Under the pieces are notes generated by a model. That model made no database searches. It saw only the letters and a program-made list of their open reading frames with translations, and was not told the DNA's origin. From NCBI GenBank assembly GCA_051362555.1, contig CM120642.1, forward strand, positions 11,346,001 to 11,410,000: DNA of 64,000 bases, read 5' to 3'. A program made the translations under genes and the position numbers. The stretch comes from Lingula anatina (Eukaryota > Animalia > Brachiopoda). Every line of letters starts with the position of its first letter. Within the stretch, counting starts at the first letter, position 1. Positions 39,073 through 51,367 of this stretch are shown one piece after another.

Positions 39073-42000
39073 GGTAATTGGTATGTGTTTCACATCCAAC
39101 CCTTCTCTTTTTCTTCAGAGTATTAAGTTTTCTGTTTCATCTTTTTGTATGGTTATTATTATTATATACACAAAGCATACTTATACTGAAGGCTGAACTG
39201 AGCTATATTAAAGTACACTTATGCCTTAGGAAGGCGTGAAGTTTGTAGAACTAGACGTACCATTTTTGCTTCAGTAGGTTTCATATCTGTGCATCTCCGT
39301 AGCAGTGTATCCAGGTAGCAAACCATTTATTTTCTTTCCATTAAGCATGTAAGTCAGACCTTAAATATGATCAAGATTAGTGCTAATTCTGATTTATATG
39401 TACATGTGTTTCACTCCTGTTATCAGGTACCTCTTTAATTTTCATTGCTGCCCACATGAAAAACGCAGTAGATACTCCAGCGCAGTAGGCTACTGCAATC
39501 ATACTGCAAACATGCCTCAAATCTGATTCGATTTGGGAGCAAATTAGCATATTTGAAACATGCTTCTATCGTGCTGCTAATCTACTGCATTGATGCTCCT
39601 CTCTGTACAAACCTATGTACTTTTTGGAGTAGAATTGCAGTAGGCTATACTGCATTTCTACTGCAAATATGCTCCACACCACTACTGCATTAATGCTTCT
39701 TTGCTACTTTGATACTACTGCATTTTCGTGCGGGTGTATTTTGGAGATGACCCTTATGTGGCATAATTTTTTTGAAAACAATAAAATAAAAAGGCGTATG
39801 ATAGGAGCACATTTTTTTTTTTTTTTTTTTTTTTAAAGGGAGACTTTTTGAATTGGTCACGCTGACCTATTTTTAAAGGTCCTAACTTTTGACACCAGAC
39901 TAGGGCATATATTCCCATGTGCTTGCCTTACTACTAATATAAATCAATCAAGCAATGTTTTGTTTCCTTTTTATGTGTGGATTATTTTATAGTACAAAAG
40001 TTGATGGTACATCATGTTGTGTAGAAATGTAAAAAAAAAAATTAAAGGAACATATCCTTTTTGTGGGACTTAATTATTGCCTAAAAATTGCCTGATTTTA
40101 TCAACCTTTTATGGTTCTTTGTAATAATCATTTCATTGAACAACATTCAGCTCAAAAGTATCTAATACTTAAGACTATTTAGCCTTCACTCATCATGTGC
40201 CTTCAGAAAGATGACATGCATTCCTTGCCTTGACACTTTGCATAAACATGCAATTTTTAGGCAGGGAGAGTAGTTTCATTACTTCAGAAGGCTATTACAT
40301 GTTTTTAAGACACAATTACAGGCCATTTGGAGAAGAAAAAGAGTAATTTAAGACAACAGAACTCCATCAGTAACCCATTTAAGTAGCTCACTCATGTGTT
40401 AGGTTGAAGACATGCAGATATTGCCAAAAATATTATATTTTGATAACTTCAAACAGGGACAAAATTAACTATCATTATGATCTTGGGATGGTTTAAATCT
40501 GCTTTTGAATGAATATGATGAAGTGATGAATATTATTAAGTTTATATTTTAGCCTCTGGTTAGGTTTAATGGTGTCAAAAACTCACTTGCAAGTTTTGTT
40601 TATAAATTAAAGAAACCTTTTCCCTGATTTCACCATGACATTTTTAAACCATAAATTTTCATTGATATATGACATTGCAATTTTAGTGATTGATTGATCC
40701 TTTACGTCATCTTTAAGCATATTGTAAACATTGCAAAAAAATTGATTTTTTTCTTCAGATATGACCAGTCTTGATAACTGGAAGTTGTTATCAATTGTGA
40801 TCTGTACATTATTATCGTTAACCAGCAGAAATTTTTGTTTTAGGCAGAGACAGATCTTCGCAACGCTCAGTCTGAGTTTGACAGACAGTCTGAAATCACC
40901 AAGTTGCTCCTAGAAGGGATTAGTAGCACACATGTGAGTACAGGGACTTACAGTAAACCTTATACAAGTTTCACAAGAGGAGGTTAAGGGCGCATTTCCA
41001 TAGATTTTAGAACGATCTATCCCCATTGGGAGTCCCACTAAATTACTGTCAGATAATCCGGCTTAAATATCCGTCCCGCCTACTACAAGCTGTAAGGGGG
41101 TAATTAACTTTTGTGCGGGGTCAGCTGACTGCAATTTAGCGTGAACCCCCAGGGAGTTAGGTCGATTTAGTAAGATCGATCTTAATCTCTGGGACTGCCC
41201 TCTAAGACTTGACATTTTTCCTTGATTTTTTAAGACCCAGTTTTGAGCCACTTTAAACCTAAATGTATGGATAGACTGCTGAGCTACTGAACCAATTTTG
41301 TGAAACAGACCCCTGATGGTAAGAGGAGTTTAAAAAATACTATGAACAAGATTCTTGATTTTTATCCAGAGGTCTTTTTTCCTGTGAACTGCAGATTGAT
41401 AACATTTCATTGAAAGCTTTTATACGAGAGCACTGCTTTGTATTATTTGCATTTTTGCCCAGAGGCACATTATGGGAATAAAACCTATCGGGCATTTTTC
41501 ATCACATGCTAACAAGGTTTACTTACGTTGTGTATCGTCAAGAAATGGTTTTGTAAAGACTTTCTGAAATTTGATTGAAACTTTGATTGATGACTTTAAA
41601 AGTTTATTGATGAGTATATTAAAAATATTAGTTTTGAAATGATGAAAAATATCAAATGTTGGAACTTGTAAGTACAGTACCACATTCAGTATTTTCTATT
41701 TCGTGTACTTGGTCGATACTTGAATGATTCTGTTGGAACATGGCCAAGAATCATTGCCATTATTTCTCTGTTATCTGCTTCAGGCACATCATCTCAGATG
41801 TTTGAATGACTTCATAGAAGCTCAGACTACGTACTATGCACAGTGTCAACAGTATATGCAGGATCTGCAGAGGCAGCTTGGGAGGTAGGACGTTAATTAA
41901 CACTGCACAGTAGTCTTGGTAACATGGGATCCATTTTTCTAATCACCCACCTCTCCACTACAGATATGTGGTAAATATAAATGATTAAATGAACAAATGT

Positions 42001-42788
42001 GTATACATACTTGTACAAAGATGATTGTGAAATAAACACTGTGACAATAATTTGCATGTAGTTAGGTTATTCAGTTGTTTTTCCCCGTTTAAGTCTTGAA
42101 TCTTTAAGGTTCCCAATGGAATGATCAAAACAGTAATTACACTTGCCATAACCTTTCTTTTTCCAGTTACTCCACAAGCCCCAACAATCCCCAAGGTGGT
42201 TTACCGACAGACATTCGCCCTCCTGCATATGAAAGCTTTCCACAGCCATCAGCGCCACCTGCTGGTAATGGAGCACCCTCTGGTGCCAGGAAAGCCAAAG
42301 CCCTCTATGATTACGATGCTGCTGGAAGCAAGGAGTTGTCTCTCTTAGCAGATGAGGTAAATGTGAACAGTAATGATGATTTTCTGATGGGAGGGTTTAT
42401 TGCCTGGTTGACTTATTGATTCTAATAAACTAAAGCAAAAAAAAAAATGACAAATTTTATTTAGGTAATGGTTATTATTGCACATCTTCATTGTTAATGA
42501 TTACTCCATGCTCTCATGTAAAATTGTGTCCTTTTTCCAAAAATTCTGGACAACCCATATATCCCTAATCTTAATAATTGTAAAATATGCCCTCCATGCC
42601 CACCCAACCACACATAACCAGTTTTACCACAGAGTGACACAGCACATAGTACAGGTACATATATGTGCCTTGTGTTTCAGGTGATCACAGTGTATAGTGT
42701 GCCAGGAATGGATCCAGACTGGATGATGGGAGAGAGAGGCTCTCAGAGGGGGATGGTGCCTGTCACATATCTAGAATTTGTGGACTGA
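25850..42788 (+). CDS. SH3GLB1: Endophilin-B (N-BAR + SH3; SH3GLB1/2 co-ortholog), 347 aa from 9 core exons
   Basis: Exons 25850-25906, 28502-28643, 30800-30928, 34602-34735, 35034-35126, 40844-40933, 41784-41884, 42167-42356, 42681-42788 (1044 nt). Translation includes MDFKKLAADASTVFNRAVQFTEEKFGHAEKTELDAHFE, LQPNPNARVEDF, RLDLDAAKSR, QSEFDRQSEITKLLLEGISSTH, ARKAKALYDYDA, ELSLLADEVITVYS and DWMMGERG, ending VPVTYLEFVD. PolyA signal at 43981. Confidence 0.96.
26217..26680. mobile_element. Foldback MITE in endophilin-B intron 1
   Basis: ~95-bp imperfect terminal inverted repeats (GGTGTGACTGAAATGCGCAATAC..., 26227-26320 vs 26580-26673) plus an inner inverted pair (GCCATGTTGGCGAGT.GCT.TTCTTGG / CCAAGAAAAGCCACTCGCCAACATGGC). 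Confidence 0.85.
28897..30750 (+). mobile_element. HINE/DINE-1-like (Helentron-associated, CvA/pearl-type) element in endophilin-B intron 2
   Basis: T-rich start; 5' palindrome ATGTACAGACACA-GA-TGTGTCTGTACAT (28907-28934); (CCGTCG)n microsatellite (~28954-29012); ~160-bp tandem core repeats (29092, 29251, 29411); further duplicated blocks; 3' subterminal TGTCTGTACAT (30716-30726) followed by a short hairpin. Confidence 0.75.
30942..30986. repeat. (GT)n plus poly-G tract
   Basis: Directly visible after the endophilin-B exon 3 donor. Confidence 0.9.
31873..31957. repeat. (TA)n microsatellite
   Basis: Directly visible; it produces the YIYIY pseudo-ORFs. Confidence 0.95.
36333..36356 (+). CDS. 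SH3GLB1: Candidate 24-nt alternative microexon of endophilin-B (FNPNMTPQ)
   Basis: ctaat...ttctgctctttcttccag|TTTAATCCCAATATGACTCCTCAG|gtgtgc. Phase 0-0, located between core exons 5 and 6. Confidence 0.7.
38754..38846 (+). CDS. SH3GLB1: Candidate 93-nt cassette exon of endophilin-B (PGLIESCFPPVPPLRKSPEREELDHRISVEQ)
   Basis: Strong acceptor (gctaat...tttccttctgcag) and donor CAG|gtcaga. Phase 0-0, open frame, and GC-richer than the surrounding intron. Confidence 0.75.
39451..39735. mobile_element. Small MITE-like element
   Basis: Imperfect TIRs CCCACATGAAAAACGCAGTAG / CTACTGCATTTTCGTGCGGG, with several internal CTACTGCA/GCAGTAG copies. Confidence 0.6.
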
Positions 42789-45700
42789 AATGGGAACTAT
42801 ATGGACATTAATCTATATATATATATATTATGTGTACAATTATACAAGGGTTTTCATTATTGTACTGGCATCTATATACATAATTATGTGGAACTATTGA
42901 TGATGATTAGTATAAGCATCATCATTATTGTTGCCATTTTGGTATGTGGAGAAGAGCTTTATGTCTTTATGCAAAGTGTAAATGGGGGAAAAGAGTTTAC
43001 CTTAATAATTGAATTACATGTAAGTTTTCACCATTTTGGTTGCAGCAGTGGGGTTATATCAAAATGCTACGCCAAATATGTGTCTGCATTTTTCCCAATT
43101 TCAAAAAATGATAGATTCAGTGTCGTGAAAATTGAAAGGTTTGGATGGTATTCAACGTGTACAGTCTTAGATATTTTGAGAAGGCAAAGATAGGAGTGAA
43201 CAACTTTTTTATGTTGAAATGCAGAAATGGGTATATAGTTTGTCTGCATAAAAAGGAGTTTTTTTTTTCTTTTTACAAATACGCATGTTGGAGGTGTATA
43301 TAAATTTTGACTTTTCTCTTTGTTGCGGTCAGGTATTGAACAGGTTATCTTGTGTGACAGTTAATGACATTAATCGACCTTCTAGATGCTTCCTAGAATC
43401 AAGATGGACTATTCGCATAAAGAGTTGGGAAGGATAGGTTGTCAAATTGTATCATGTATTTTGCCTAGATCTGAGCAAAAAAAGAACAAACTGTCATCTC
43501 TCGTGGGGCGAAGTAAAATCCACTTTCATCGTTGCCATAACTGTTATTGTTTTCCCTGCAAAGAGATGTTAGAAGACACAGGACCAGTTTATTTAATATT
43601 TCCTTTGTTATGAAGTACAGAATTTGAATATTATATTGACAAACTAGGAAAATTTCATGTGTAGGATTATTATCTTCATCATGTGTTTATAATTTTTCTT
43701 TTGAAAATTTGTTTTTGCGCATCTTTCAATATTTTGTTGAAGCTTTTAAAAAGCTCCTGTGTTTTTTACTTATTTTTTTTCCTCTATTTTCATGTCAGAT
43801 ATGGACTGGCTTTCCTGGTGCCAATGTCTTATTGCCATTGTTGGTAAAATATTAATGACCTGGTTTTGCATTCTATTATTTACTTGTTGTACAATTTTAA
43901 TTTGATTTATTTTGTTAAGTATCGTGTATCAAAATGGTTCGAGCTGCTGGAAAAATCGCCGCTAGATAGCAGTTTTATTGAATAAAAAAAGTCACCCTGG
44001 TCTGAGTGCAGTCATTGTCAAAATGCCACTGTCTGTACCATTTCGCACGTAAAATAGGTACGGATGCAGGAAATGTCGGAAAATTGTAATCTCATTATGA
44101 CATGCTCGATTAGTCGACGTTGGCATGAGAACGACGGTTTCTGTAGAGATAAAAGTAAAATTGGCAAATTTCATTCAAGGTGTCATTATAGATTGACCAC
44201 TTTATGTCTTAAAGAAGACGCTAAAAACGCTGTCCCTTTGTTATTTAGATTTTCTTGCCATTTAGTGGAACAGTTAATAAAAGCAGGCAGAATGGTTCAT
44301 CATGCGTGTTGTCTTTTATATCACATTCAGTTGATGTTAAATATATAGCGGTTTGAACAAATTGAGATTAATTGATAATTGATCCATTGATGGTGGGCTT
44401 AAAAAGGACTTAAATTAAAAAGTGAATGAAATCTATCTGTTGTCTTTATGGGTTAACTGAATTTCGGACTCGTATATCAGTAAAATAATTTTAATTTAAT
44501 CGGTTTCAGTTTATGTGGCTCAACAAAAATGCGAAATGATGTCACTTCGTTGAAGGTCGGGTATATCCTAGAACATACGGAACGTCCTAAAACGAATGTT
44601 TACGTTTATACGTAAAACCAGTCGGAAGAGGTTTAGACGCGTGTTATAAAGCACATTATAAGTAAAAAGTATGAATAGATACGTAAATATTTACCGTGAT
44701 GTTTCTAGACCCGTGGCTCATAATGCCATATTTGGTCGACACGCTAAGTTAATCATTTACACAATGACAACGTATGGTATATACAAAGCATGCTCTTGGC
44801 ATGCGACGCTCGATTTTTTCCTTAAACGCACCTTTACAAAACGGCCGTATTTTCCTGTTCATTTAGTTTGTCGTTAAAGAGTAATTATCCCTTGGCAATG
44901 AAATGCAATCACACGTTTTATCTCATTTTTGTAAAAAAAAAATCAGTCAAACTAAGGTTTCCTCACAATATGTACGCTCAATGTCACACGTAGAAAATAT
45001 GTTTACCTTGGACTTTGTAAAAAGTCATTTACGTCGTCATGGCAAAGAAAGCTTTGTAAACTAGTTAAGGCGTGTCAAAAAGCACGCACATAAAAAGATG
45101 TAAACAAACAGGTAAACATAAATAACAAGGACCAATAACTGGGACCGAACGAAGATGACTGGGGCAAAGTCCACGTCCTCGTCGTCTCCTTGACTCACAG
45201 CCATTATTTATATTGCACCGCGCCTGTCAGTATGAATGCAACCTTTTGCTATTACTTGCTCTTTGAAAATCGTTTCATAATTGCTTGATGCCAGCCTATA
45301 TAGAAACGTGCAGCAAAGTGCATTTGTTAACATTTTTTCACTGGCTTTTGTTCCCATTAGGTGGTTAGGTTCGAATGGGGGCAAAGCAGTGCGTATTGAT
45401 AGAGGGAAAGTTCTGGGTGAAATGTCCGGATTTCTAACAAACGAAGTTGGACCAGGGAATTATATCCGATATAATTCCCTGGTTGGACGCACGTAATTTA
45501 AATCAGAAACTGCACCTCTTCCAACCATCTTTGTTCTCCTTCTCGCACCAATCGTGTCTCCCTTCCGTTCATTCTTCATTCCATTTATATGATTGGTCCA
45601 TCAATTGTCCTCTGTTCTTGGAAACCGTGTTAAATGAAGTGAACTATTCCACAGGTATGCCTTAAATGATGACTAATTTTTTAGTCAGACAAAAACGACA

Positions 45701-46479
45701 GCAATCATGATTATGTTTATATTTTATGTATATATTTTATCTATTTTTATGTATCATCACACTGAATAAGTCTAGAACATTTAACCATTGTTTTTGTTAT
45801 ATTCTGACAACAAATGTGGTATTATCTCACACCTACTCCCTACGTCCTTTCAAATCTTTTAAAATATCGAAACAATTACTTCACAGGAGCCTTATATTAT
45901 GGCAATAAACATAACAGTATGTTATTCATTATGAATATTAACCACTTGATCTGCATGGTATTGCATCAGTCATAACCTCCAAATAATGGCAAGTTTTAAT
46001 TTGGTTTGTGTGCTTTTAGCACAGATTGATATTCGTTACAGCTAGAAATCATAAGAAATGCAAAAAAAAAAAGGTTAACAGAATGAGTGTAGCAAAGGAT
46101 AAAAGTAGCAACGAAGTGTGAATGTGAGTGTACATGTGCGTGTGTGTGTTGGGGGGGGGGGGGGGCAGGACAAATGGAGGGAATATCAAAACTAGTTCTT
46201 CATGTACCAGTACATGTACCTATCATAACCATATTCAGTTTTCGTCTATTGGAGCAAATAGCAGGTAAATCAGCAGGTAAATCAGTATTTTTCCAAGCAT
46301 CCCTATTTCCATGCCAATAAGTTTGGTCTGTAATAATACACCGATAGACATTCTATGAAGGCTAAAATCAATATCGCAGTAATTGTGAAACGAATACTGG
46401 GACATTGAGTACGCATTTCAGCCCAGTCATTCAGTTTGTTGTGCTGCGGTCGGAAAGAGGTGGGCCGTGGCACCTGATT

Positions 46480-46600
46480 CAGCCAATCAGAGAGCTTGAT
46501 CTGGTACACACCTTCCAAATTCCTGATATAGGTCACGAGACGAAGTCACATGCCTTTGTTTACATCAACAGAAAAGTATAAAAAGGATGCACATCTATTG
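46480..46600 (+). promoter_or_regulatory. TATA/CCAAT promoter of small gene A
   Basis: CCAAT 46483-46487, GTCACATG 46545-46552, TGTTTAC 46557-46563 and TATAAAA 46577-46583, about 110 bp upstream of the ATG at 46688. Confidence 0.6.
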
Positions 46601-46687
46601 CGAACAAAAAAGACTTATACGAATTAGAAGAACCACTGAAGAGACATCGTTTAGATAACAGCAAAAGCAAGAGAAAGATAAGTTAAC

Positions 46688-47502
46688 ATGCAGGGCAAAA
46701 AGAAGATTAAACAGAAACCAAAGGTGCCAGAGGCCCCACAGACCAAGAAAGAACAGCTGATGAAAAGGGTAAGAGGACATATAACATTCCATATGAAATA
46801 TATCCAGGTAGTATAAATGGGGTCATAGGAACTACACCAGGTATTGAGATGACGCTAGCGCACCCATACGTAGTAGATCATTGTGCAGCACATTCCGGAG
46901 GCTGCCGTGTTTATCTGTAGTTTTTTATGAGGATTTCTGATCAAACGAATACCAGTAGTTACGAGGTTCTAGGTACACCGTAGATACTCCATTTTTACAT
47001 TGATATTCTGCAAATTACACCGTTTGATATATAGTTGACGGTTTTTATAATATTATTCATAACCCCTTAAAGGCCAAATACCGCAAAAGCTGACACTTGT
47101 AGCAATAGACCGAATGGTTTTGCTAGGGTGGAAGGTCTATTTTAGTGCGCTGTTTTATAGTCTACAACTATTATAGGCTTTTATTCCTAACTGACTCGAT
47201 GATACATAGTTTGTAGAATCCGTCCTTGGTCTATATACGGCAACCAACTGCGCAGTTGGCTACGTTCCAAGTAGCCTAGCCAAACTGACAGTTTGACAGT
47301 TGTCACGAGTTCTAGGCTATGGATCAACAACAATATTCAATAATAGTTTTGGTGGTATCAGTTAGTTTTACATTGATAACATGATTGATAGCGACATATG
47401 TAATTTCAGGTAAAGAAAACAGCAAGTAAAATTGCCAACTCAATCAGCCTTCCTGCCGACCCGAAACTGACAGCCGCTTATGCAACTTACATTCCTATGT
47501 GA
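46688..47502 (+). CDS. Small gene A: 57-aa basic protein of unknown family
   Basis: Exon 1 46688-46768 MQGKKKIKQKPKVPEAPQTKKEQLMKR|gtaaga; exon 2 tttcag|47410-47502 VKKTASKIANSISLPADPKLTAAYATYIPM*. TATA box upstream, AATAAA at 48147-48152. The last exon is homologous to that of gene B. Confidence 0.75.
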
Positions 47503-49005
47503 GGTATGGGAGGGTCTGCACGAGGGAGAGAGGCGAGAGTCGGGCCACTGCCAAGTGTTTTCAGAGCCCGCCTCATGCAATTCAATACTTCAGAGAGGAA
47601 GAAAGAGAGAAAAAAAGAATTCTTTTATTAATGATGTGAAAAAGTGTCGTTTTCTGGAATCACCTGTTATGGTACAAAATGACACTGGAGCACCTGCGCT
47701 CCGACAAGCCCTGGCGCACGTGTGTAAGATACGCTCTTCCCACTAAAGGTGACTCTGACAGAGACGGTGCTGAGAGCGCTGGATCTCAACCCTGCAAAAA
47801 GAACACTGTGCGAAAAATCGGGGCAGTATTAAAAGATTATATTTGCACAGTTTTATGCAGCTTTATCTCAGGGAGAAACATTAATAGTGTCTCAATGTAA
47901 ATGTTATAATATATTGAACGATGGTTTGATATTTCGACTTTGTTTTTTTTTTTTTTTTTTTTTAATTTTAAACGGAATTACTTATAGTGATTATGGCCTT
48001 TTGCCTCTAGTAGATTGATTGTTTTTTTATTATCTTGTCTATTATATTGGCCTTTTTTTGTCTCAATGTGCCTGTTTACTGTGTAACGAGCGTATGTTTT
48101 TTTTTATAGAGTTTCCCGTTCATTATGCAATTTGATTCAAGCAAAGAATAAAGATATGTTTCACACAAAAAAAGGCTATCAATACCTTGCACTTTTAAAA
48201 AAACATTCCTTTAATTTTTTGTGCAATGCTCAAATTCGCTTACGATTTAATATTTATACACATTTACAATTTGAATAAATTTTACAAAAAAAATTCTTAG
48301 TTGAGCTAGTATTTAACTCACCCTAGCGTGATTTACAATATCCATATTATCGAATCTATTCTCGTTCAAAACAAAAAAGTGCTTGTTAATTAAGTACAAT
48401 AAATTTTAGCTGTAAAGCAATCTTTAAGCTCAGACCCTATTGCCCTATGTCGCTACGTTCCAAAAACGTACCCTGTACATAAGTTTTGGTTTATGCTTGC
48501 CACGACCTTAATTGCTCCTTGATTGTAGAAAAAGTCACATTATTCAGCAGACGAAAAGAAAAATGGAATGTCAATAGTAATGTAAAACTGCAGGTGACCG
48601 CACTGACACTGTTAACGTTAGCGTACTGTCGAACTCGACTAACTTTAGTCAAAAACGAAAACGCCAACCAGCCAGATATTTCATTATTTAAAAAAACATA
48701 TGGCCAGAGCAGAAGATACTTCATTTGTTTACCTGCTGTGCACTTAACTTGAGTGGATTTAAAAGTGGAAAAGTATCCAAACGTTTAAAAGACACTTACG
48801 CTACGAAATCAGTCAAAACAATTACCATTTTTGTTTATGTATCGCCGAAAACGAGGCTCAGTTGCGGAATAGGCATTGTTGACAAAATAACCCGTACGTG
48901 CAGTCTCTGCATAAAATCTTGGGCTGTGACCTGGTTGATCAGGTTGAGAGGAGAGAAATATATGTTGCGGGAGGCAGCGAGCACGGCCAAGGCAATCATC
49001 GGATC

Positions 49006-51294
49006 ATGGAAGTAGCTGGGGGATCTAAGACAGAGAGTGAGACCAAACATGCCGAGAACGAGCACTTACTAAAGGCAAAGGCTAAGGAGGCCTCGGCAGA
49101 ACTATCTCCTACGACTGGGAAGAAGAAGCAGAACAAAAAAGTGACCTACGCTGGCTCGACAGGTAGCAACGAGGATTTAGATTTTGTGCACTCCTGCCCC
49201 ACGCTTGAGGAACGCAAAGAAATGGCCAAGGCATTCAGGAAACGAACACAATCCGAGTGTTCGACAATGTCGACTGTCAGTATTGACAGTAAAGGGATGA
49301 GGAAGGTGGGTATGGTGCGAGTTGGTGGTGGTGGTGGTCGGGAGGGGGGGGGATGATGGGTGCAAATAAGCCAGATCATTCAACTGTTTTTTAATGTTCA
49401 GCCCCCTAAATCTACATAATATGCGTCTGGGAATTGGTTCAAGCAACCCTGAGTTCAAGAGAAATGACCTTTCCTTGTACAGCGCCGAGCGTTATCTTTA
49501 GAACACAAATTGCACGTAGACCGCAGCGCGGGCAGTAGACCAGGGTCTAATTATATTTTTCAACAGTTAATTGTCTGCATACTGTCTACATAACTGTTGA
49601 TATAATACATATATATCAATTTTAAGGGAATTTCAGTTATTTTTCTTTCCATCAAAGTTAAATGCATGGAGATTCCACAGAGATTGACCCATAGAGAATT
49701 CTGAACTGTTGCAAAGCAAACCTCCACTGTTTACCATGACCCTGACCCTGACTGAACTTTTGGCCACAGAACCAGAAACAATAAAGTTCACAAAACAACA
49801 AGGTTGCCAACTGATTAAACTCGTACGCTTTCGAGTAGGTTCAGGTTTTTGCGTTCATGTGCTTAGATTAAGACAATCTTGGAAAACGAACAACTACCGT
49901 GTATTAAACTGGGAGCCCAGGCTGTAGTGGACCAGCCGCAGAATTCCATATAAGTGTACAAAAGGTCTTTCAATCCAATATTATGGTTATGTGCATATAG
50001 GTTACGTCGATCTGCATCGTTTACAGCTGTGGTAAAGATTATCTTGGCAGTGAAACCATTTACCAGAAAATAATTGAATATTTCCCTGGGCATTTTTTGG
50101 GACATTGTCCTGTTGCAATAATGCTTTTACTGGTATGTCAAGTTGTTGTGAAATGTATACCCCACCTTTGGACCACTGAAATGTTTGAGAAGTGGGCTAG
50201 GCTATTGAATTTAAAAAAAAAAGAAAACTTAGAGTAGAAAATGCCAGTCCGAAACTCGGTGACCATGTGTTGGTAAACCACAAAAACAGAAGCTATATCC
50301 GTAGCAAACGCTAAGGTGGGCCACTAGAAATGTTAAGTATTAGATATCTCTGGAAACATTGTGCTCTCTAAATAGGTCAATCAATATCAGGGTGGCAGCT
50401 GTTGCAAAGCAAACCTCGTGTTTACTATGACCCTGACCTTGTTTGAACTTTTGGCCACGAATCCAGAAAACAACAAGGTCGCTAACAGATAAAACGTGTA
50501 CACTTAGGTTCTGGTCTTTGCCCCTGGTGTTGTATGAGTGTTTGTAGACATAAAATTAATTTGAAGTGAAAGCTGCTCATCGAGTGGAAAGACTTGACTT
50601 GGAAAACATTTATCCTTTGCGGTTTATACTGGTATAAGATAATGTTACTGACTGCGACAGTAATAGATTCTCCTTATTTACAACCAGGTGCGAAATTCTC
50701 CTCCAGGCAGTTACAACTGCTACATGCTTAGAACATCAGTTGCTATTAGAATAAAAAAAACTCTTAAAAGCAATGCATAACAAACACAATCGTATAAATT
50801 GCTGGCATCTATTCAAGATTTCCGACTAGACTCTACATTTATACTTGTAATTCTTTGAACGATGTAATGTGCTTTGATCATACAGAGCAGACCCTGATGA
50901 GATTCAGTCTTTCATGCTGCGTATTCGAAAGTATGTGTCGGGCGGATGGTGGAAAGGTGTTGAACGAGTTGATCTGATTACAGAATAGTTTTTGAGCTGT
51001 TTTGCTCTACTGTTTCTACCGGCTTGCTTAAGTATATATGGCATGTTTATTATTACACGGAACCCCAATTCCTTAGACCACATTCGTATGACAAACTATA
51101 ACATTTTCTAAAACGATATCGGATATATATCGTGTGTATATTTCTTTAAAAAATGCGAGTGCTACTTTACATTCCCCACCTCAAATTCTAATAAAAAGAT
51201 TTATAGAACAACACAATCAACACAAAAAGTAGAGGGAAGAATTTACTACAGTCAGTAACAGTGACGCCAAAAATTATTAAAGTTCCTATATACA

Positions 51295-51367
<73 letters not shown>

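Noticed and set aside
42121-42348. 75-aa ORF resembling a secreted peptide (MIKTVITLAITFLFP...)
   Set aside because: Out-of-frame reading of the pyrimidine tract and exon 8 of endophilin-B.
47404-47415. tttcag|gtaaag as a recursive splice site
   Set aside because: Better explained as the acceptor of gene A exon 2, which begins GTA AAG (Val-Lys).
47679-47900. ORF MTLEHLRSDKPWRTC... with a donor-like GT|GTAAGA, as an alternative first exon for gene B
   Set aside because: It lies between the gene A stop (47502) and its polyA signal (48147), so it is most simply 3' UTR. No promoter evidence.
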